Of a DNA stretch of 64,000 nt, positions 9,878 to 20,819 are shown one piece after another; position 1 is the first letter of the stretch; each line of letters opens with the position of its first letter. Made by a program: the position numbers and the translations under genes. Below the pieces are notes generated by a model. That model searched no databases and was not told the DNA's origin. It saw nothing but the letters and a program-made list of their open reading frames with translations. Origin of the DNA: Bacillales bacterium UBA6380 (GTDB taxonomy: Bacteria > Bacillota_I > Bacilli_A > RFN20 > CAG-826); contig DJQS01000011.1 in NCBI GenBank assembly GCA_002438785.1, forward strand, positions 27,996-91,995, in the 5' to 3' direction.

Positions 9878-11259
9878 TAATATCGATAATCATCCAACTT
9901 CTTTTGTCTTGTTGGGTGGCGTAACTTACGAATAGCCTTAGCTTCGATTTGTCTAATACGTTCTCTAGTGACACCAAATTCTTTCCCAACTTCTTCTAAA
10001 GTTCTTGGTTTATTATCATCTATGCCATACCTTAATCTAAGGACTCTTTCTTCACGGTCAGTTAAATCGCTCATTACATCATAAAGAGCTCTTCTTATCA
10101 TTGCCTGCGTTGTATAATCTGTAGGTGATATACTGTCTTTATCTTCAACAAAATCTCCTAAGTGAGAATCATCTTCTTCACCAATAGGGCTCTCTAATGA
10201 AACAGGTTCAAGTGCAATTCTTTGAATTTCACGAATTCTATCAGGTGTCATCGCTGGATTTTGCATCTCTTCACTTATTTCTTCAGGTGTAGGTTCTCTT
10301 CCTAGTTTCTGTGTAAGTTGACGTTGAACTTTTGTAATTTTATTAATAGTTTCAACCATATGAACTGGAATACGTATAGTTCTAGCTTGGTCAGCAATAG
10401 CTCTTGCGATAGATTGTTTTATCCACCATGTTGCATAAGTAGAAAATTTAAAATTCTTAGTATAATCAAATTTATCGACCGCTTTCATTAGACCAAGATT
10501 TCCTTCTTCAATAAGATCTAAAAATTGCATGCCACGTCCGATGTATCGTTTTGCAATATTGACAACTAAACGTAAATTTGCATTAATTAATTCGTTTTTA
10601 GCTTCAACGTCACCTTTTAAAATTCTTTTAGCTAACTCAGGTTCTTCACTTGGCTTTAATAACTTGAATTTCCCTATTTCTTTTAAATATAGTTTTACAC
10701 TATCGTTTACCTTTACATTACTTGTCTCTAAATCATCAAGTTTATCAACATCAATGGAAGCGGATTCTTTTTCACTTTCAGGAACCTTAGATTCATCAAT
10801 ATCATCTGTATCAATTAAATCTTCGTCATCAAGAGCATTTTCATCAAAATTCGAACCATCGAACTCAAGATTATCTAAGTCATCCGCTTCATCATTATTA
10901 AAGCCTTCACCAGTAATCTCATATCCTAAATTTTTAAAGTGTTCAAAAACTTTTTCATAGTCTTCATCGGTTAAATCAAGATAACTTGTTTCATCAGCAA
11001 ATTCATCTGTATCAAAAACTTTCGTTTTTTTGCACTTTTTATCAAATTCAGCGATAATGCTGTCCAAGCTCTTTATTGGCTCTTCTTCATCATCGACGAA
11101 ATCGTCAATATCATCAGTATTAATATCATTAGGTACTTCTGTTAGATCTTTTTTCTTGTTCAAATCTTTATCCTTCTTTTCACCTAATACTTTCGCCTTT
11201 TTTTTAGTTACATCTTTTTTAACTTTTTTAGCAGTTTCAACTTTTGTTTCCATAATCAT
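9877..11259 (-). CDS. rpoD: RNA polymerase primary sigma factor (sigma-70 / SigA) with an acidic N-terminal extension
   Basis: Regions 1.2 to 4.2 are recognisable ([44 protein letters not shown]). It follows dnaG. Confidence 0.95.
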   Translation of the reverse strand: MIMETKVETAKKVKKDVTKKKAKVLGEKKDKDLNKKKDLTEVPNDINTDDIDDFVDDEEEPIKSLDSIIAEFDKKCKKTKVFDTDEFADETSYLDLTDEDYEKVFEHFKNLGYEITGEGFNNDEADDLDNLEFDGSNFDENALDDEDLIDTDDIDESKVPESEKESASIDVDKLDDLETSNVKVNDSVKLYLKEIGKFKLLKPSEEPELAKRILKGDVEAKNELINANLRLVVNIAKRYIGRGMQFLDLIEEGNLGLMKAVDKFDYTKNFKFSTYATWWIKQSIARAIADQARTIRIPVHMVETINKITKVQRQLTQKLGREPTPEEISEEMQNPAMTPDRIREIQRIALEPVSLESPIGEEDDSHLGDFVEDKDSISPTDYTTQAMIRRALYDVMSDLTDREERVLRLRYGIDDNKPRTLEEVGKEFGVTRERIRQIEAKAIRKLRHPTRQKKLDDYRY

Positions 11260-11263
11260 CCTC

Positions 11264-13102
11264 CTATTTAATTAATTTTTTTCTCTTTTTTTCTATTAGT
11301 ATTTTATAAAGATTTGCTTTTTCTTCTATGGAAGAAGCTTCTTGCAATTCTTCATTAAAAGTTTTATTTTCTTTCTCCTCTTGCCTTATTTTTTCTAATG
11401 ATTTAAATTGGTTTTGCATTTCATTTATAGAGTAAGGGGGTAGTGTTACATCATTCAATGCGATATTAGCAATATTTTTTAAAATAAAATCTTTATCTTC
11501 AATTTCTTTATTTGATTCAACATAGTTAATAAATTCATTCAAATTAATTGATGCAGGTCGCTCTTTTAATCCATCGACATATTCATTTAATAACTTAACA
11601 ATATTTCGATATTTTAATGTCGGCAAAAATATATTGGCTCTTGCATAATCATCAATAGCATAAATGCTATCAAACATATATCTAACAATTTTGAATTGAA
11701 CTAATTCTTTTCCTTTTAAAATATCATTATTATAATATTTATTAAAATCAATTTCTAAATCATCACTTGACAAATTATTCTTATTAGCAGTTAACAATTT
11801 ATTGTAATATTCATATAAAAGTTGCTTACTATAACCAGTTAAAGAATAAAGTTTATCAATATAATCTTCTACATCAAATTTAGATTTTAATTTTATAATT
11901 TCCTTCATTAAATTTTTAACCAGTTCTTTTTTATTGTAACTACTGTTTAAATCCAAATTTTTACTATAATAACTGATTAACCATTCAGGCTTTTCAATTA
12001 AATTATTTAAAAAAGATAATAACTTCTCTTTTCCGTATTGATCAATAATTTCATCACTATCTTTTTCTTTAAAATCTACAATCGGATTAACTATTTTATA
12101 ATGTACATTATTTTCATCAAATTTACTGATTATATTATAAGTATTTATCTGCCCAGCATTATCTAAATCTAAGCAAATTCTAACTTCACAATTTAATTTT
12201 TTTAATAATTGCAAATGGTTGCTCGTTAATGCGGTCCCCATTAAAGCAATAGCATTTTTTATACCAGCACGATACAAAGCAATAACATCCATAAAACCTT
12301 CAAGCAAATAAACAAAACCTAATTGTCTAGCTGAAGTTTCTGCATTACAAAGATTATATAATATATTTCCTTTATTAAATGCATCAGTTGCACCAGTATT
12401 AATATATTTAGGTTCATCACTAACATCATTAAGTCTACGTGCGCTAAAACCACAGACTTGTCCACTTTCATCTTTTAAAGCAAAAACAACACGAGAAGCA
12501 TTGCTGTCATAAATAGACATATTATCTCTAATTCTACCAATACCTGTTCTTTCAATAGTTTTAATAGAATATCCCTTGGCTTTAAGAAAATTAACTATAT
12601 TAATTCCATCATCTAAAGAATAACCGATGTTAAAATATTTAATGACATCATCAGATAATTTACGATTATATAAATAATTTAATGCTTTCTTTCCATTTTC
12701 ACTTTGATATAAACTAGCTTGATAAAAATTATTAATATCAGTTAAGCATTTATAAAGTGTTGAAAGTTCAGGACTAATTTGTTTTGAAGCAATATTAGCA
12801 TTTAATCGATTATCATTGATACCACAAATTTTAGCAACTTCCTTCATTGCTTGAAAATATGATACTTTATCGTATTTTTCAATAAAATTAATCGCGTTAC
12901 CACTTGTATTGCAAACAAAACATTTAAATATTTGTTTTTCTTTTGAAATCATTAAAGATGGATTTTTATCATTATGAAAAGGACAAATTGCAACATAGTT
13001 TCTCCCTTTTTTTTCAACCTTAATTCTAGAAGAAATAACCTCAACTATATCGCTTTGCCTTAAAATATCATTTGATAACTGATAAAAATTATCATCCATC
13101 AT
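11264..13102 (-). CDS. dnaG: DNA primase
   Basis: Zinc-ribbon [10 protein letters not shown]...CFVC and TOPRIM (LLEGFMDV...DLDNAG). 612 aa. Confidence 0.9.
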   Translation of the reverse strand: MMDDNFYQLSNDILRQSDIVEVISSRIKVEKKGRNYVAICPFHNDKNPSLMISKEKQIFKCFVCNTSGNAINFIEKYDKVSYFQAMKEVAKICGINDNRLNANIASKQISPELSTLYKCLTDINNFYQASLYQSENGKKALNYLYNRKLSDDVIKYFNIGYSLDDGINIVNFLKAKGYSIKTIERTGIGRIRDNMSIYDSNASRVVFALKDESGQVCGFSARRLNDVSDEPKYINTGATDAFNKGNILYNLCNAETSARQLGFVYLLEGFMDVIALYRAGIKNAIALMGTALTSNHLQLLKKLNCEVRICLDLDNAGQINTYNIISKFDENNVHYKIVNPIVDFKEKDSDEIIDQYGKEKLLSFLNNLIEKPEWLISYYSKNLDLNSSYNKKELVKNLMKEIIKLKSKFDVEDYIDKLYSLTGYSKQLLYEYYNKLLTANKNNLSSDDLEIDFNKYYNNDILKGKELVQFKIVRYMFDSIYAIDDYARANIFLPTLKYRNIVKLLNEYVDGLKERPASINLNEFINYVESNKEIEDKDFILKNIANIALNDVTLPPYSINEMQNQFKSLEKIRQEEKENKTFNEELQEASSIEEKANLYKILIEKKRKKLIK

Positions 13103-14475
13103 TTATAAAAAGTTTTCTCCAATAAATAGTTTTTAAGATCTCTTATTTTAATTCTTTCTTGCTTCATTGTGTCTCTTTCTCTAATAGTAACACATTCATC
13201 ATTAATACTATCAAAATCAATAGTAACACAATAAGGAGTTCCTATTTCATCATTACGGCGATATCTTTTTCCAATAGAACCAGTCTCGTCAAAATTAACA
13301 TTTAAATAAGGTGTTAAATCATTATAAATCTTTTTAGCAAAATCGCTTAATTGCTTTGATAATGGTAAAATTGAAGCCTTATAAGGAGCTAAAAAAGATG
13401 GTAAATGCATAATTTTTCTTATCTCGCCATTCTCTAAAGTTTCTTCATCATAACTATTACAAACGACCATTAAAAAGAGCCTTTCAAGACCTAATGATGG
13501 TTCGATACAGTATGGAACATATTTTTCATTAGTTTCAGGATCCAAATATTCTAAGGATTCTCCACTAAATTCCATATGACGTTTCAAATCATAATCAGTA
13601 CGGTCAGCAATTCCCCACACTTCTCCCCAACCAAAAGGAAATTTATATTCTATATCAGTTGTAGCTTTACTATAAAATGCCAACTCTTCAGGCTCATGAT
13701 CTCTAAAACGCAAATCTTCAGCTTTAATATTTAAAGATTCAACAAACTTAATACAAAAATCTTTCCAATATTTAAACCATTCTAAATCCGTTCCTGGTTT
13801 GCAGAAAAATTCTAATTCCATTTGTTCAAATTCTCTAACTCTAAAAATAAAATTACCTGGAGTAATTTCATTTCTAAATGATTTCCCCATATTAGCGATA
13901 CCTAAAGGAAGTTTTCTTCTTGTAGCTCTTTGAACATTTTTAAAATTAACAAATACACCTTGTGCAGTTTCTGGTCTTAAATAAACTTCGCTTTTACTAT
14001 CTTCAGTAACACCAATATGTGTTTTAAACATCATATTGAATTGTCTTATATCTGTAAATTCGCTTTTTCCACAATGTGGACAAACCAATTTATGTAAATG
14101 CATAAATTTATTCATATCTTCAATAGACATTGCATTAACATCAACATCTTTATATTGAGATGAAATTAAATCATCAGCTCTATATCTACTCTTACAATTT
14201 TTGCAATCGATTAGAGGATCGTTAAAAGTAGTAACATGGCCTGTTGCTTGCCATACCTTAGGGTTCATTAAAATAGCCGCATCAATTCCAACATTTGTTG
14301 GTGATTCATGAACGAATTTTTTCCACCATAAATTTTTAAGATTTTGTTTAAGCTCGCTTCCAAGTGGTCCATAATCCCAAGAATTAGATAAACCACCATA
14401 TATTTGAGAACCTTGAAAAACGTAGCCAGTAGTTTGTAAATGAGTTACTATCTTATCAAATTCTATATTATTCAT
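13099..14475 (-). CDS. glyQS: Glycine--tRNA ligase (dimeric class II type)
   Basis: 458 aa with class II motifs ([21 protein letters not shown]). Lies in the recO-era neighbourhood. Confidence 0.9.
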   Translation of the reverse strand: MNNIEFDKIVTHLQTTGYVFQGSQIYGGLSNSWDYGPLGSELKQNLKNLWWKKFVHESPTNVGIDAAILMNPKVWQATGHVTTFNDPLIDCKNCKSRYRADDLISSQYKDVDVNAMSIEDMNKFMHLHKLVCPHCGKSEFTDIRQFNMMFKTHIGVTEDSKSEVYLRPETAQGVFVNFKNVQRATRRKLPLGIANMGKSFRNEITPGNFIFRVREFEQMELEFFCKPGTDLEWFKYWKDFCIKFVESLNIKAEDLRFRDHEPEELAFYSKATTDIEYKFPFGWGEVWGIADRTDYDLKRHMEFSGESLEYLDPETNEKYVPYCIEPSLGLERLFLMVVCNSYDEETLENGEIRKIMHLPSFLAPYKASILPLSKQLSDFAKKIYNDLTPYLNVNFDETGSIGKRYRRNDEIGTPYCVTIDFDSINDECVTIRERDTMKQERIKIRDLKNYLLEKTFYK

Positions 14476-14539
14476 ATATTGCTCCTAACACTTAAAGTAT
14501 TATAATTCTAAAAATATTGCTGTCAACCTACTATGAGTG

Positions 14540-15229
14540 TTAAAATAATTCTAGCGAATTTAATTTTAAATCAGTTTTACTTTCTAAAAAGAAGCCAAAA
14601 ATCTTAAAAATATTTATTGCACAACTTTCACATATAATATCGTTTAAAATATTTTCATTGCTAAATGTATCTTTAAAAATCTTCTCCTCTTCATTCGATA
14701 GTTCAATTATGTTTTTATCTTTTTCGAAAGTATTAGTTAATACACCATCATCAATATTAAAATATTTATAGCTTATACTAAAATCAAATAACGGCTTAAT
14801 TCCTAGCAAATTAAAATATTTCCCAATAAACAAAATAGCATAATTAAATTCAATATTTGTGTCATTTATTCCTTTAAAAACGAATATCGTTAAATTGTAT
14901 AATGCATTGAAGTCACTTATACCATCATAAGTTTTTAATGTTAATTCTGATATTAAATTAAATAATATTGATTTTTTGTAACTCTTTGAGTAATTCGAGA
15001 AATAATTAATAATTTCACAAGCTTTTATTTTATATCCACCAACTTTTCCTTTATATATTTCAAAATCGCCCTCGATAAATGACTCCGTTAAAATTAAATT
15101 TTTACTATTTAAATTATAAAAGCCCCTACCTAGATAGGAATAAATTCCATTTTTAGAAAGTATATTTAAAATTGCGTCATTATCTTTATAATGACTTACA
15201 AGTAAAATAAAGCCACGTATCGTTTCCAT
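14540..15229 (-). CDS. recO: DNA repair protein RecO
   Basis: 229 aa with an N-terminal OB-fold-like GFILLVSHYKDND and a C-terminal Cys pair. Conserved era-recO-glyS order. Confidence 0.7.
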   Translation of the reverse strand: METIRGFILLVSHYKDNDAILNILSKNGIYSYLGRGFYNLNSKNLILTESFIEGDFEIYKGKVGGYKIKACEIINYFSNYSKSYKKSILFNLISELTLKTYDGISDFNALYNLTIFVFKGINDTNIEFNYAILFIGKYFNLLGIKPLFDFSISYKYFNIDDGVLTNTFEKDKNIIELSNEEEKIFKDTFSNENILNDIICESCAINIFKIFGFFLESKTDLKLNSLELF

Positions 15230-16101
15230 TAGCGATATCCAATTTTTGCCAAAAAACTACTAGAATTACGCCAATTTTCTTGTACTTGAACATTTAACAC
15301 AAGATTAACATGTTTTTTAAGCATTTCCTCAATGTCTTTACGAGCTAAAATACCTATTTTCTTTATCATTTTAGCACCTTTCCCAATAACAATTCCTTTT
15401 TGCGATTCTTTTTCGACAATTATTTTTGCATATATCTCTAATTCTTTCTTACTATAATCTATATCATCACATAGTACAGCTATGCCGTGAGGAACTTCAT
15501 CTTTTAAACAAATGAGGGCTTTTTCTCTTACAATTTCTTGTACTCGAAAGCGGAAATCTTTATCAGTAATCGTGTGAACATCATAATATTGAGGGCCTTC
15601 TTTTAAATGATTTTTAATAAGTTTTATAAGACCATCTAGATTAAATTTCTCTTTAGCACTAATTTCAATAAAATCTGTATTTGGATACTTTTTTAAATAA
15701 ACATCTTTAACTTTTGTTATTAATTGAATATTTGTTAAATCAATTTTATTAAAAACGATAATCATATCACAATCAAATTTTAAATGATCCATGAGGTAAT
15801 AGTCGCCTTCACCTAAGTCATTACTAGCATCAATTACAAATAGAGCCAATTCACAATTTCTTATAGTGCTGTAAGCTCTTTTATCAAGTAATTCGCCTAA
15901 TTCATTATGTGGTTTATGAATTCCAGGCGTATCCAAAAAAACAATTTGAGAATCATTATCATTATAAATACCGATAATTTGATCTCTAGTTGTTTGACTT
16001 TTTGAAGTTACAATAGATATCTTTTCTCCTATAATAGCATTTAAAATAGTAGACTTTCCAACATTTGTTCTTCCTACTAGGGATACAAATCCACTTTTCA
16101 T
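15229..16101 (-). CDS. era: GTPase Era
   Basis: G1 GRTNVGKST, G3 DTPG, G4 NKID, and a C-terminal KH domain. 290 aa. Confidence 0.9.
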   Translation of the reverse strand: MKSGFVSLVGRTNVGKSTILNAIIGEKISIVTSKSQTTRDQIIGIYNDNDSQIVFLDTPGIHKPHNELGELLDKRAYSTIRNCELALFVIDASNDLGEGDYYLMDHLKFDCDMIIVFNKIDLTNIQLITKVKDVYLKKYPNTDFIEISAKEKFNLDGLIKLIKNHLKEGPQYYDVHTITDKDFRFRVQEIVREKALICLKDEVPHGIAVLCDDIDYSKKELEIYAKIIVEKESQKGIVIGKGAKMIKKIGILARKDIEEMLKKHVNLVLNVQVQENWRNSSSFLAKIGYR

Positions 16102-16502
16102 TAATTTAAATCCTCTTTATTAAAAGCAAATGGTAAAAGTTCTTTATTATTTGTTTCCAAGATATTACCTTTTAAATTTCCTAAAAAAATTTTAGCATCG
16201 CTAGGTAGTAATTCGCTCATTACTTGTCTGCAAGCACCACAAGGTGAACATGGTCCATCAGTATCACCTACGATTGCAATTGCAACTATATCCTCTTTTT
16301 TAATACCATTACAATAAGCATTATAAATAGCATTACGTTCAGCACACATGGAAAGACCATAAGATGAATTTTCAATATTAGTGCCCTTATAAACTTTATT
16401 ATCTTTGGTTAGTAAAGCAGCACCTACTTTAAATCTAGAATAAGGTGAATATGATAGTTTTCTAGCTTCTATTGCCATTTCTATTAATTTTTCTTTATCC
16501 AT
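16101..16502 (-). CDS. cdd: Cytidine deaminase
   Basis: CAERNAI and PCGACRQ zinc-binding motifs. 133 aa. Confidence 0.85.
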   Translation of the reverse strand: MDKEKLIEMAIEARKLSYSPYSRFKVGAALLTKDNKVYKGTNIENSSYGLSMCAERNAIYNAYCNGIKKEDIVAIAIVGDTDGPCSPCGACRQVMSELLPSDAKIFLGNLKGNILETNNKELLPFAFNKEDLN

Positions 16503-16503
16503 A

Positions 16504-16944
16504 TCAATCTCCTAATATTTGATCTTGAAGACCAAACATAATTACCTCATCTTCTTTTTTCATATGGTCATAGCCTAATAAATGAAGTAAACCATGAACA
16601 AATAAAAAAGAAAGTTCACGTTTTAGAGTATTTCCATAATTAATAGCATTTTCTTGGGCTACTTCATAACAAATATAAATTTCACCCAAATCTAATGGTA
16701 AATCTCCAAAAATCTGTTCGCTCTTATCATCTAAAAATGCAAATGAGATTACATCAGTTGCACGATCTATGTTTCTATATTCTTTATTTATTCGCTGAAT
16801 TTCTTTTTTATTAACAAATGTAACACTCATTATTACATTATCGTTTTTTTTCAATATGTTAAGAGTTTTTTTTAAAAGATTTTTGTAAATAATATTAAAT
16901 TCATCAATATTATAAGAAGTTTCATTTGATATACTTAAAAACAT
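16504..16944 (-). CDS. ybeY: Endoribonuclease YbeY (16S rRNA maturation)
   Basis: HGLLHLLGYDH metal-binding motif. 146 aa. Confidence 0.85.
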   Translation of the reverse strand: MFLSISNETSYNIDEFNIIYKNLLKKTLNILKKNDNVIMSVTFVNKKEIQRINKEYRNIDRATDVISFAFLDDKSEQIFGDLPLDLGEIYICYEVAQENAINYGNTLKRELSFLFVHGLLHLLGYDHMKKEDEVIMFGLQDQILGD

Positions 16945-16976
16945 AATTTAATTATATCAAATAATTATGATATAAA

Positions 16977-18173
16977 CTAATTAAAGTGATAAAAATATAA
17001 ACATTTATAATATTTAATATTTTCAATGTCATTATCTATCTCTATAATTTTTTCAAATTGTTCTTGTAAAAAAACAAAAATGAAAAAATGAAAAAACATA
17101 TAATTAATCGAAATAAAACCAGTAAATCCTATGTAAATTAAACTTAGGCAAATTGTTAAAAAAATGAGAAAATATCTTTTAAAATTATTATATGATATAC
17201 ATTCATAAGACTGACTATTTAAAGCTTTTACTTCATTTTTAAATTCATCTCCATTGATATTTGAATTACTTAATAATTTATTTTCAATATTTTCGAGATT
17301 ATTCTTTTTTGTTTTATAAAACTTATTATCAATTTTTTTAAAAATATATTGAAAAGCAAAAGTTATTGCTAATATTAATAAACTCCAATAATTATTAATT
17401 CCTAGAATAATACAGCCAAAAACAAGCATAAAAAAACTTGAAATGAATTTTACTGGCGTTGATACTAATGAAAATTTGAATTTACTCATTGGTAAATAAT
17501 ATTTATTAAAGTCTTGTCTTTTAAAAAAGCATTCTTCAAGAAAAATTTGATTATCAAAATATTTTAAAGACAATATTATTATTTTTTGGTATAACAACTC
17601 AAATATTATATATGATAAAAATAAAAGAAATGAGATCATAAAACTAAATTTCTTATCAATAAAAAATGTAGCCGTGATTAAAGAAAGCAAACTTAGAAAT
17701 TGAAATAAAATAGTTATCCAAAAAAAATATTTTGGATATACACGGATTTTTTTTAATTTAAAATTACTCGTTAATATATTACTAACTTCTAATATTTCTC
17801 CATTCCAAATTTTAAATAAATTATTTTTAGAAATCCAATAGATGCCTGAAGAAGGATCATAAACTTTAACTCTACTTTTAGTTATTTTCTTAATTAATAC
17901 CATATGTAAGTTATCTTTTTTATTAATTACAATTAAAAAAGGGCATGAGACAGTTTTTTTAAAAAGAGCTTTTTTATCAATAATACGTGAAGCTTTTATA
18001 ATTACTCCTTCTTTTTTTGCTAAGTTAATTAGATCTCTTAATGAAGACGATGTTTCAACATTAACATGCGGATAATAAAGATAATCTGTATTTTTGTAAA
18101 CAATTGCTAAAAGCATTTTAATACAAGTGACGCCGCAGTCTTTTTCGCCGATTTGCTTTATATAATATTTCAT
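16977..18173 (-). CDS. Membrane protein with an N-terminal peptidase C39 (double-glycine leader peptidase) domain and no ABC ATPase domain
   Basis: The N-terminus IKQIGEKDCGVTCIKMLL matches the Q/Cys motif of C39 peptidases. HMVLIKKI...VKVYDPSSG matches the His/Asp motif. About six hydrophobic helices follow and there is no Walker A or B anywhere. Confidence 0.6.
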   Translation of the reverse strand: MKYYIKQIGEKDCGVTCIKMLLAIVYKNTDYLYYPHVNVETSSSLRDLINLAKKEGVIIKASRIIDKKALFKKTVSCPFLIVINKKDNLHMVLIKKITKSRVKVYDPSSGIYWISKNNLFKIWNGEILEVSNILTSNFKLKKIRVYPKYFFWITILFQFLSLLSLITATFFIDKKFSFMISFLLFLSYIIFELLYQKIIILSLKYFDNQIFLEECFFKRQDFNKYYLPMSKFKFSLVSTPVKFISSFFMLVFGCIILGINNYWSLLILAITFAFQYIFKKIDNKFYKTKKNNLENIENKLLSNSNINGDEFKNEVKALNSQSYECISYNNFKRYFLIFLTICLSLIYIGFTGFISINYMFFHFFIFVFLQEQFEKIIEIDNDIENIKYYKCLYFYHFN

Positions 18174-18221
18174 AATTTACCTCCTATATACAAGTCGTAG
18201 TAAATTATAAAAATTTGGGGG
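18174..18221 (-). promoter_or_regulatory. Conserved 15-nt core (TACGACTTGTATATA on the minus strand) in a 7-bp inverted repeat that encloses the RBS of the C39-domain gene, with an upstream C5 tract
   Basis: Plus strand reads cat-AATTTAC-ctccTATATACAAGTCGTA-GTAAATT-ataaaaattt-GGGGG. The core is identical to one upstream of comEA at 39336..39350. The C5 tract lies 17 nt from the core in both copies. Confidence 0.55.
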
Positions 18222-18223
18222 AT

Positions 18224-18250
18224 AAAAAAAGATCATCTTACAATGATCTT
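18224..18250 (-). terminator. Rho-independent terminator of rpsU
   Basis: AAGATCAT-cttaca-ATGATCTT stem-loop followed on the minus strand by a T7 run. Confidence 0.7.
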
Positions 18251-18260
18251 AATTTAAAAA

Positions 18261-18434
18261 TTATCTATATTTTTTTCTTGCGTTTTCAGATTTAATTTTT
18301 CTCTTTAAGTTTTTCTTTAAATAGAATTCTCTTTTACGACATTCTTGGATAATTCCGGCTTTATTAACTTGACGTTTAAATTTTCTTAAACCATCATCTA
18401 ATGTTTCGCCTTCTTTAATGATAACCTTAGGCAT
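18261..18434 (-). CDS. rpsU: 30S ribosomal protein S21 (not in the ORF track because it is under 60 aa)
   Basis: Manual translation [67 protein letters not shown] 6 nt upstream. Confidence 0.8.
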   Translation of the reverse strand: MPKVIIKEGETLDDGLRKFKRQVNKAGIIQECRKREFYLKKNLKRKIKSENARKKYR

Positions 18435-18574
18435 TCGCTTTCACCTCCATTCATCGTCAACTTTAATATTCTAATAAATTTAAAATAAACTTTCAACTTT
18501 TTTATTAATAAAATTTTAAAAATCGAATAAAATAATTACTAATAATATACTAAATTTTAACTAAAAAATCACTT

Positions 18575-19231
18575 TTACATTAATTTAGCACCGGAACTAG
18601 TTCCGATTCTTGTTGCACCTGCTTCAATCATTTGAATCATTTCGTCATGGGTTCTTACACCACCCGCAGCTTTTACACCCATTTTAGGTCCAACAGTTTC
18701 TCTCATTAATTTAACATCTTCGACTGTTGCGCCATGTTTAGAAAAGCCAGTACTAGTTTTAACAAAATCAGCGCCAGCTTCTTTAGCTAATAAGCAAGCT
18801 CTAACTTTTTCTTCATCAGTTAATAGACAACATTCAATTATCACTTTCAAAACATGATTCTTGCAGGCATTTTTTATTAATTTAATTTCGTTTTTAACAT
18901 AAAAATCATCTTTTTCTTTTAATTTAGAAATATTAATAACCATGTCAATTTCATCTGCTCCTCTTAAGATGGCATCTTCTGTTTCAAAGACCTTAGATTC
19001 AGTAGTCATACTTCCAAGAGGAAATCCTATTACTGTGCAAACTAAAACATCGGAGCCATCCAATTCCTTTTTAGCTAGTTCTATAAACGAAGGATTAATA
19101 CAAACTGATTTAAAATTGTATTTTTTTGATTCCAAACAGAGAGATTTTATATCATCATTCAAAGCATCAGCTTTTAATAATGTATTATCAATAAATTTAT
19201 TATATTTTAAATTATTCATCTTATACTCCAT
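18575..19231 (-). CDS. deoC: Deoxyribose-phosphate aldolase
   Basis: Class I aldolase motifs CTVIGFPLG and FVKTSTGF (Schiff-base Lys). 218 aa ORF, though the true start is probably MNNLKYN a few codons in. Confidence 0.85.
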   Translation of the reverse strand: MEYKMNNLKYNKFIDNTLLKADALNDDIKSLCLESKKYNFKSVCINPSFIELAKKELDGSDVLVCTVIGFPLGSMTTESKVFETEDAILRGADEIDMVINISKLKEKDDFYVKNEIKLIKNACKNHVLKVIIECCLLTDEEKVRACLLAKEAGADFVKTSTGFSKHGATVEDVKLMRETVGPKMGVKAAGGVRTHDEMIQMIEAGATRIGTSSGAKLM

Positions 19232-19262
19232 AAAAAAAGGCCTTACAAAGCCTTATTTTGTT
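19232..19262 (-). terminator. Putative rho-independent terminator after rpmF
   Basis: AAGGC/GCCTT stem overlapping the rpmF stop codon, followed on the minus strand by T7. The stem is short. Confidence 0.4.
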
Positions 19263-19444
19263 TTTTCTTCTTTAGTCTTAAGAACTAATTTTCCATCATA
19301 ATAACCACACTTTGGACAAACAGTATGTTGCTTAATCATTGCACCACAATGACTACATGTTGTTACACCAGTAACCTCTAATTTATAGTGTGATCTTCTC
19401 ATTCTTTTAGCTGTCTTACTAGTTCTTCTAAATGGTACTGCCAT
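19253..19444 (-). CDS. rpmF: 50S ribosomal protein L32
   Basis: [20 protein letters not shown]-terminus and a CxxC...CxxC zinc ribbon. 63 aa. Confidence 0.85.
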   Translation of the reverse strand: MAVPFRRTSKTAKRMRRSHYKLEVTGVTTCSHCGAMIKQHTVCPKCGYYDGKLVLKTKEEKTK

Positions 19445-19526
19445 ATTTCAATCTCCTTATAACTTTAAATAATTATACTTTTTTAAAATAGAAAATCAAT
19501 CAATTATTTTTTACATTGTAAAAAAA

Positions 19527-20819
19527 TTAATCTAAACATGAATTATCCTTTTTAAAAGTAATATTAAGTATTTTATCTTTTATATTAATGTCAGATTTGA
19601 TAAAACATTCTAAATAATTAGAACTGTGTCCCTTGTATCCACCTCTTCGGGAATCATAACTTTCAAATAAAAAATCAATATCTTTACCATAAAATTTATT
19701 TTCATAATTGTGTTCTAGTTCATCTGAAAGTTCAATTAAGCGATTAACACGATTCTTTTTTTCTATATCAGAAACTTTATTCGGAAATTTGCTTGCTGCA
19801 CTGCCATTTCTATCACTATAAGGAAATACATGTACTTTTGCAAAATTTATCTTCCTTATAAAATCCAATGTTGCTTCAAAATCCTCTTCAGTTTCACCAG
19901 GAAAGCCAACAATCACATCAGTTGTAATAGATATATCAGGTTTAATCTTTCTAATTTTATCTATCTTCAAAATATAATTTTCAAGATTGTATTTTCTATG
20001 CATCAATTTTAAAATTTTAGAACTTCCACTTTGAAGTGGAACATGTAAATGATTTGCAATATTAGGATAATCTTTTAATAAATTAATAAAATCTTCATCG
20101 ATTTGACTTTCTTCTATTGAAGATATTCGTAATCTATATAAATCAGGGTTATTAATAAGTATTTCTTTTAATAATTTAGAAAATGTCATGCCATTATTAA
20201 AGTCAAGACCATAACTGCCTTGATCAATACCAGTTAAAATGATTTCTTTATAGCCATTATTAATTAATTTCTTAACTTCATTTAATATAGATTCTATAGG
20301 TCTACTTCTTGATGGCCCTCTTACAAATGGAATCAAACAATATGTACAAAAATTATTACAACCATCTTGAATTTTCAAAAAAGCTCTTGTCTTATCAAAA
20401 TAATTATCTAAAGAAATATTTTCGTATGTTTTGTCTTTAAGAGCATTATTTTTTATTAATATAGGTTGTCTATTAGTTAAAAATTCATTTATATAATCAA
20501 ATATCTTACTTCTTTGATTAGTTCCTAAAACAATATTTGCTTTTAAATTATTAATTACGTAATCACCTTCATATTGTGAAAAACACCCCATAACACAAAT
20601 TATTGCATCACGATATTTTATTCGATATTGTCGAATCATTTTTTTAGACTTACTGCTACTTGTTTCTGTTACAGCACATGTATTAATAATTATTAAATCA
20701 GGTGTATCAGTAGAATCTTTTTTAATTTCTATAAAACCGTGCTTCATTAAATCATTAGCAACTGCTTCAACCTCGTAACTATTAACCTTACAACCTAAAA
20801 AATCTATTAAAAATTTCAT
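19527..20819 (-). CDS. mtaB: tRNA threonylcarbamoyladenosine methylthiotransferase (MiaB-like, YqeV/MtaB)
   Basis: MTTase N-domain Cys (CKVN...NTCAV...MGC), radical SAM CNNFCTYC, and a C-terminal TRAM domain. 430 aa. Syntenic with rsmE. Confidence 0.8.
   Translation of the reverse strand: MKFLIDFLGCKVNSYEVEAVANDLMKHGFIEIKKDSTDTPDLIIINTCAVTETSSSKSKKMIRQYRIKYRDAIICVMGCFSQYEGDYVINNLKANIVLGTNQRSKIFDYINEFLTNRQPILIKNNALKDKTYENISLDNYFDKTRAFLKIQDGCNNFCTYCLIPFVRGPSRSRPIESILNEVKKLINNGYKEIILTGIDQGSYGLDFNNGMTFSKLLKEILINNPDLYRLRISSIEESQIDEDFINLLKDYPNIANHLHVPLQSGSSKILKLMHRKYNLENYILKIDKIRKIKPDISITTDVIVGFPGETEEDFEATLDFIRKINFAKVHVFPYSDRNGSAASKFPNKVSDIEKKNRVNRLIELSDELEHNYENKFYGKDIDFLFESYDSRRGGYKGHSSNYLECFIKSDINIKDKILNITFKKDNSCLD

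Noticed and set aside
10529-10960. 143-aa plus-strand ORF, and many similar 60-120 aa ORFs, lying antisense inside rpoD, dnaK, alaS, pnp, ftsK and other genes. Examples: 1802..1996, 2888..3109, 5001..5195, 6935..7225, 23985..24191, 31077..31328, 41530..41814, 58446..58742, 62726..62956.
   Set aside because: Each is fully embedded antisense or out of frame within a strongly supported conserved gene. Their products are low-complexity S/L/F/I-rich peptides typical of AT-rich antisense frames. No RBS or family resemblance.
18185-18199. Interpreting the shared TACGACTT core as a streptococcal ComX cin-box (TACGAATA)
   Set aside because: Only 5 of 8 positions match. The element sits too close to the start codon for a conventional promoter and is embedded in covarying RNA hairpins. 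It is kept as one hypothesis inside the main finding, not called as a feature.
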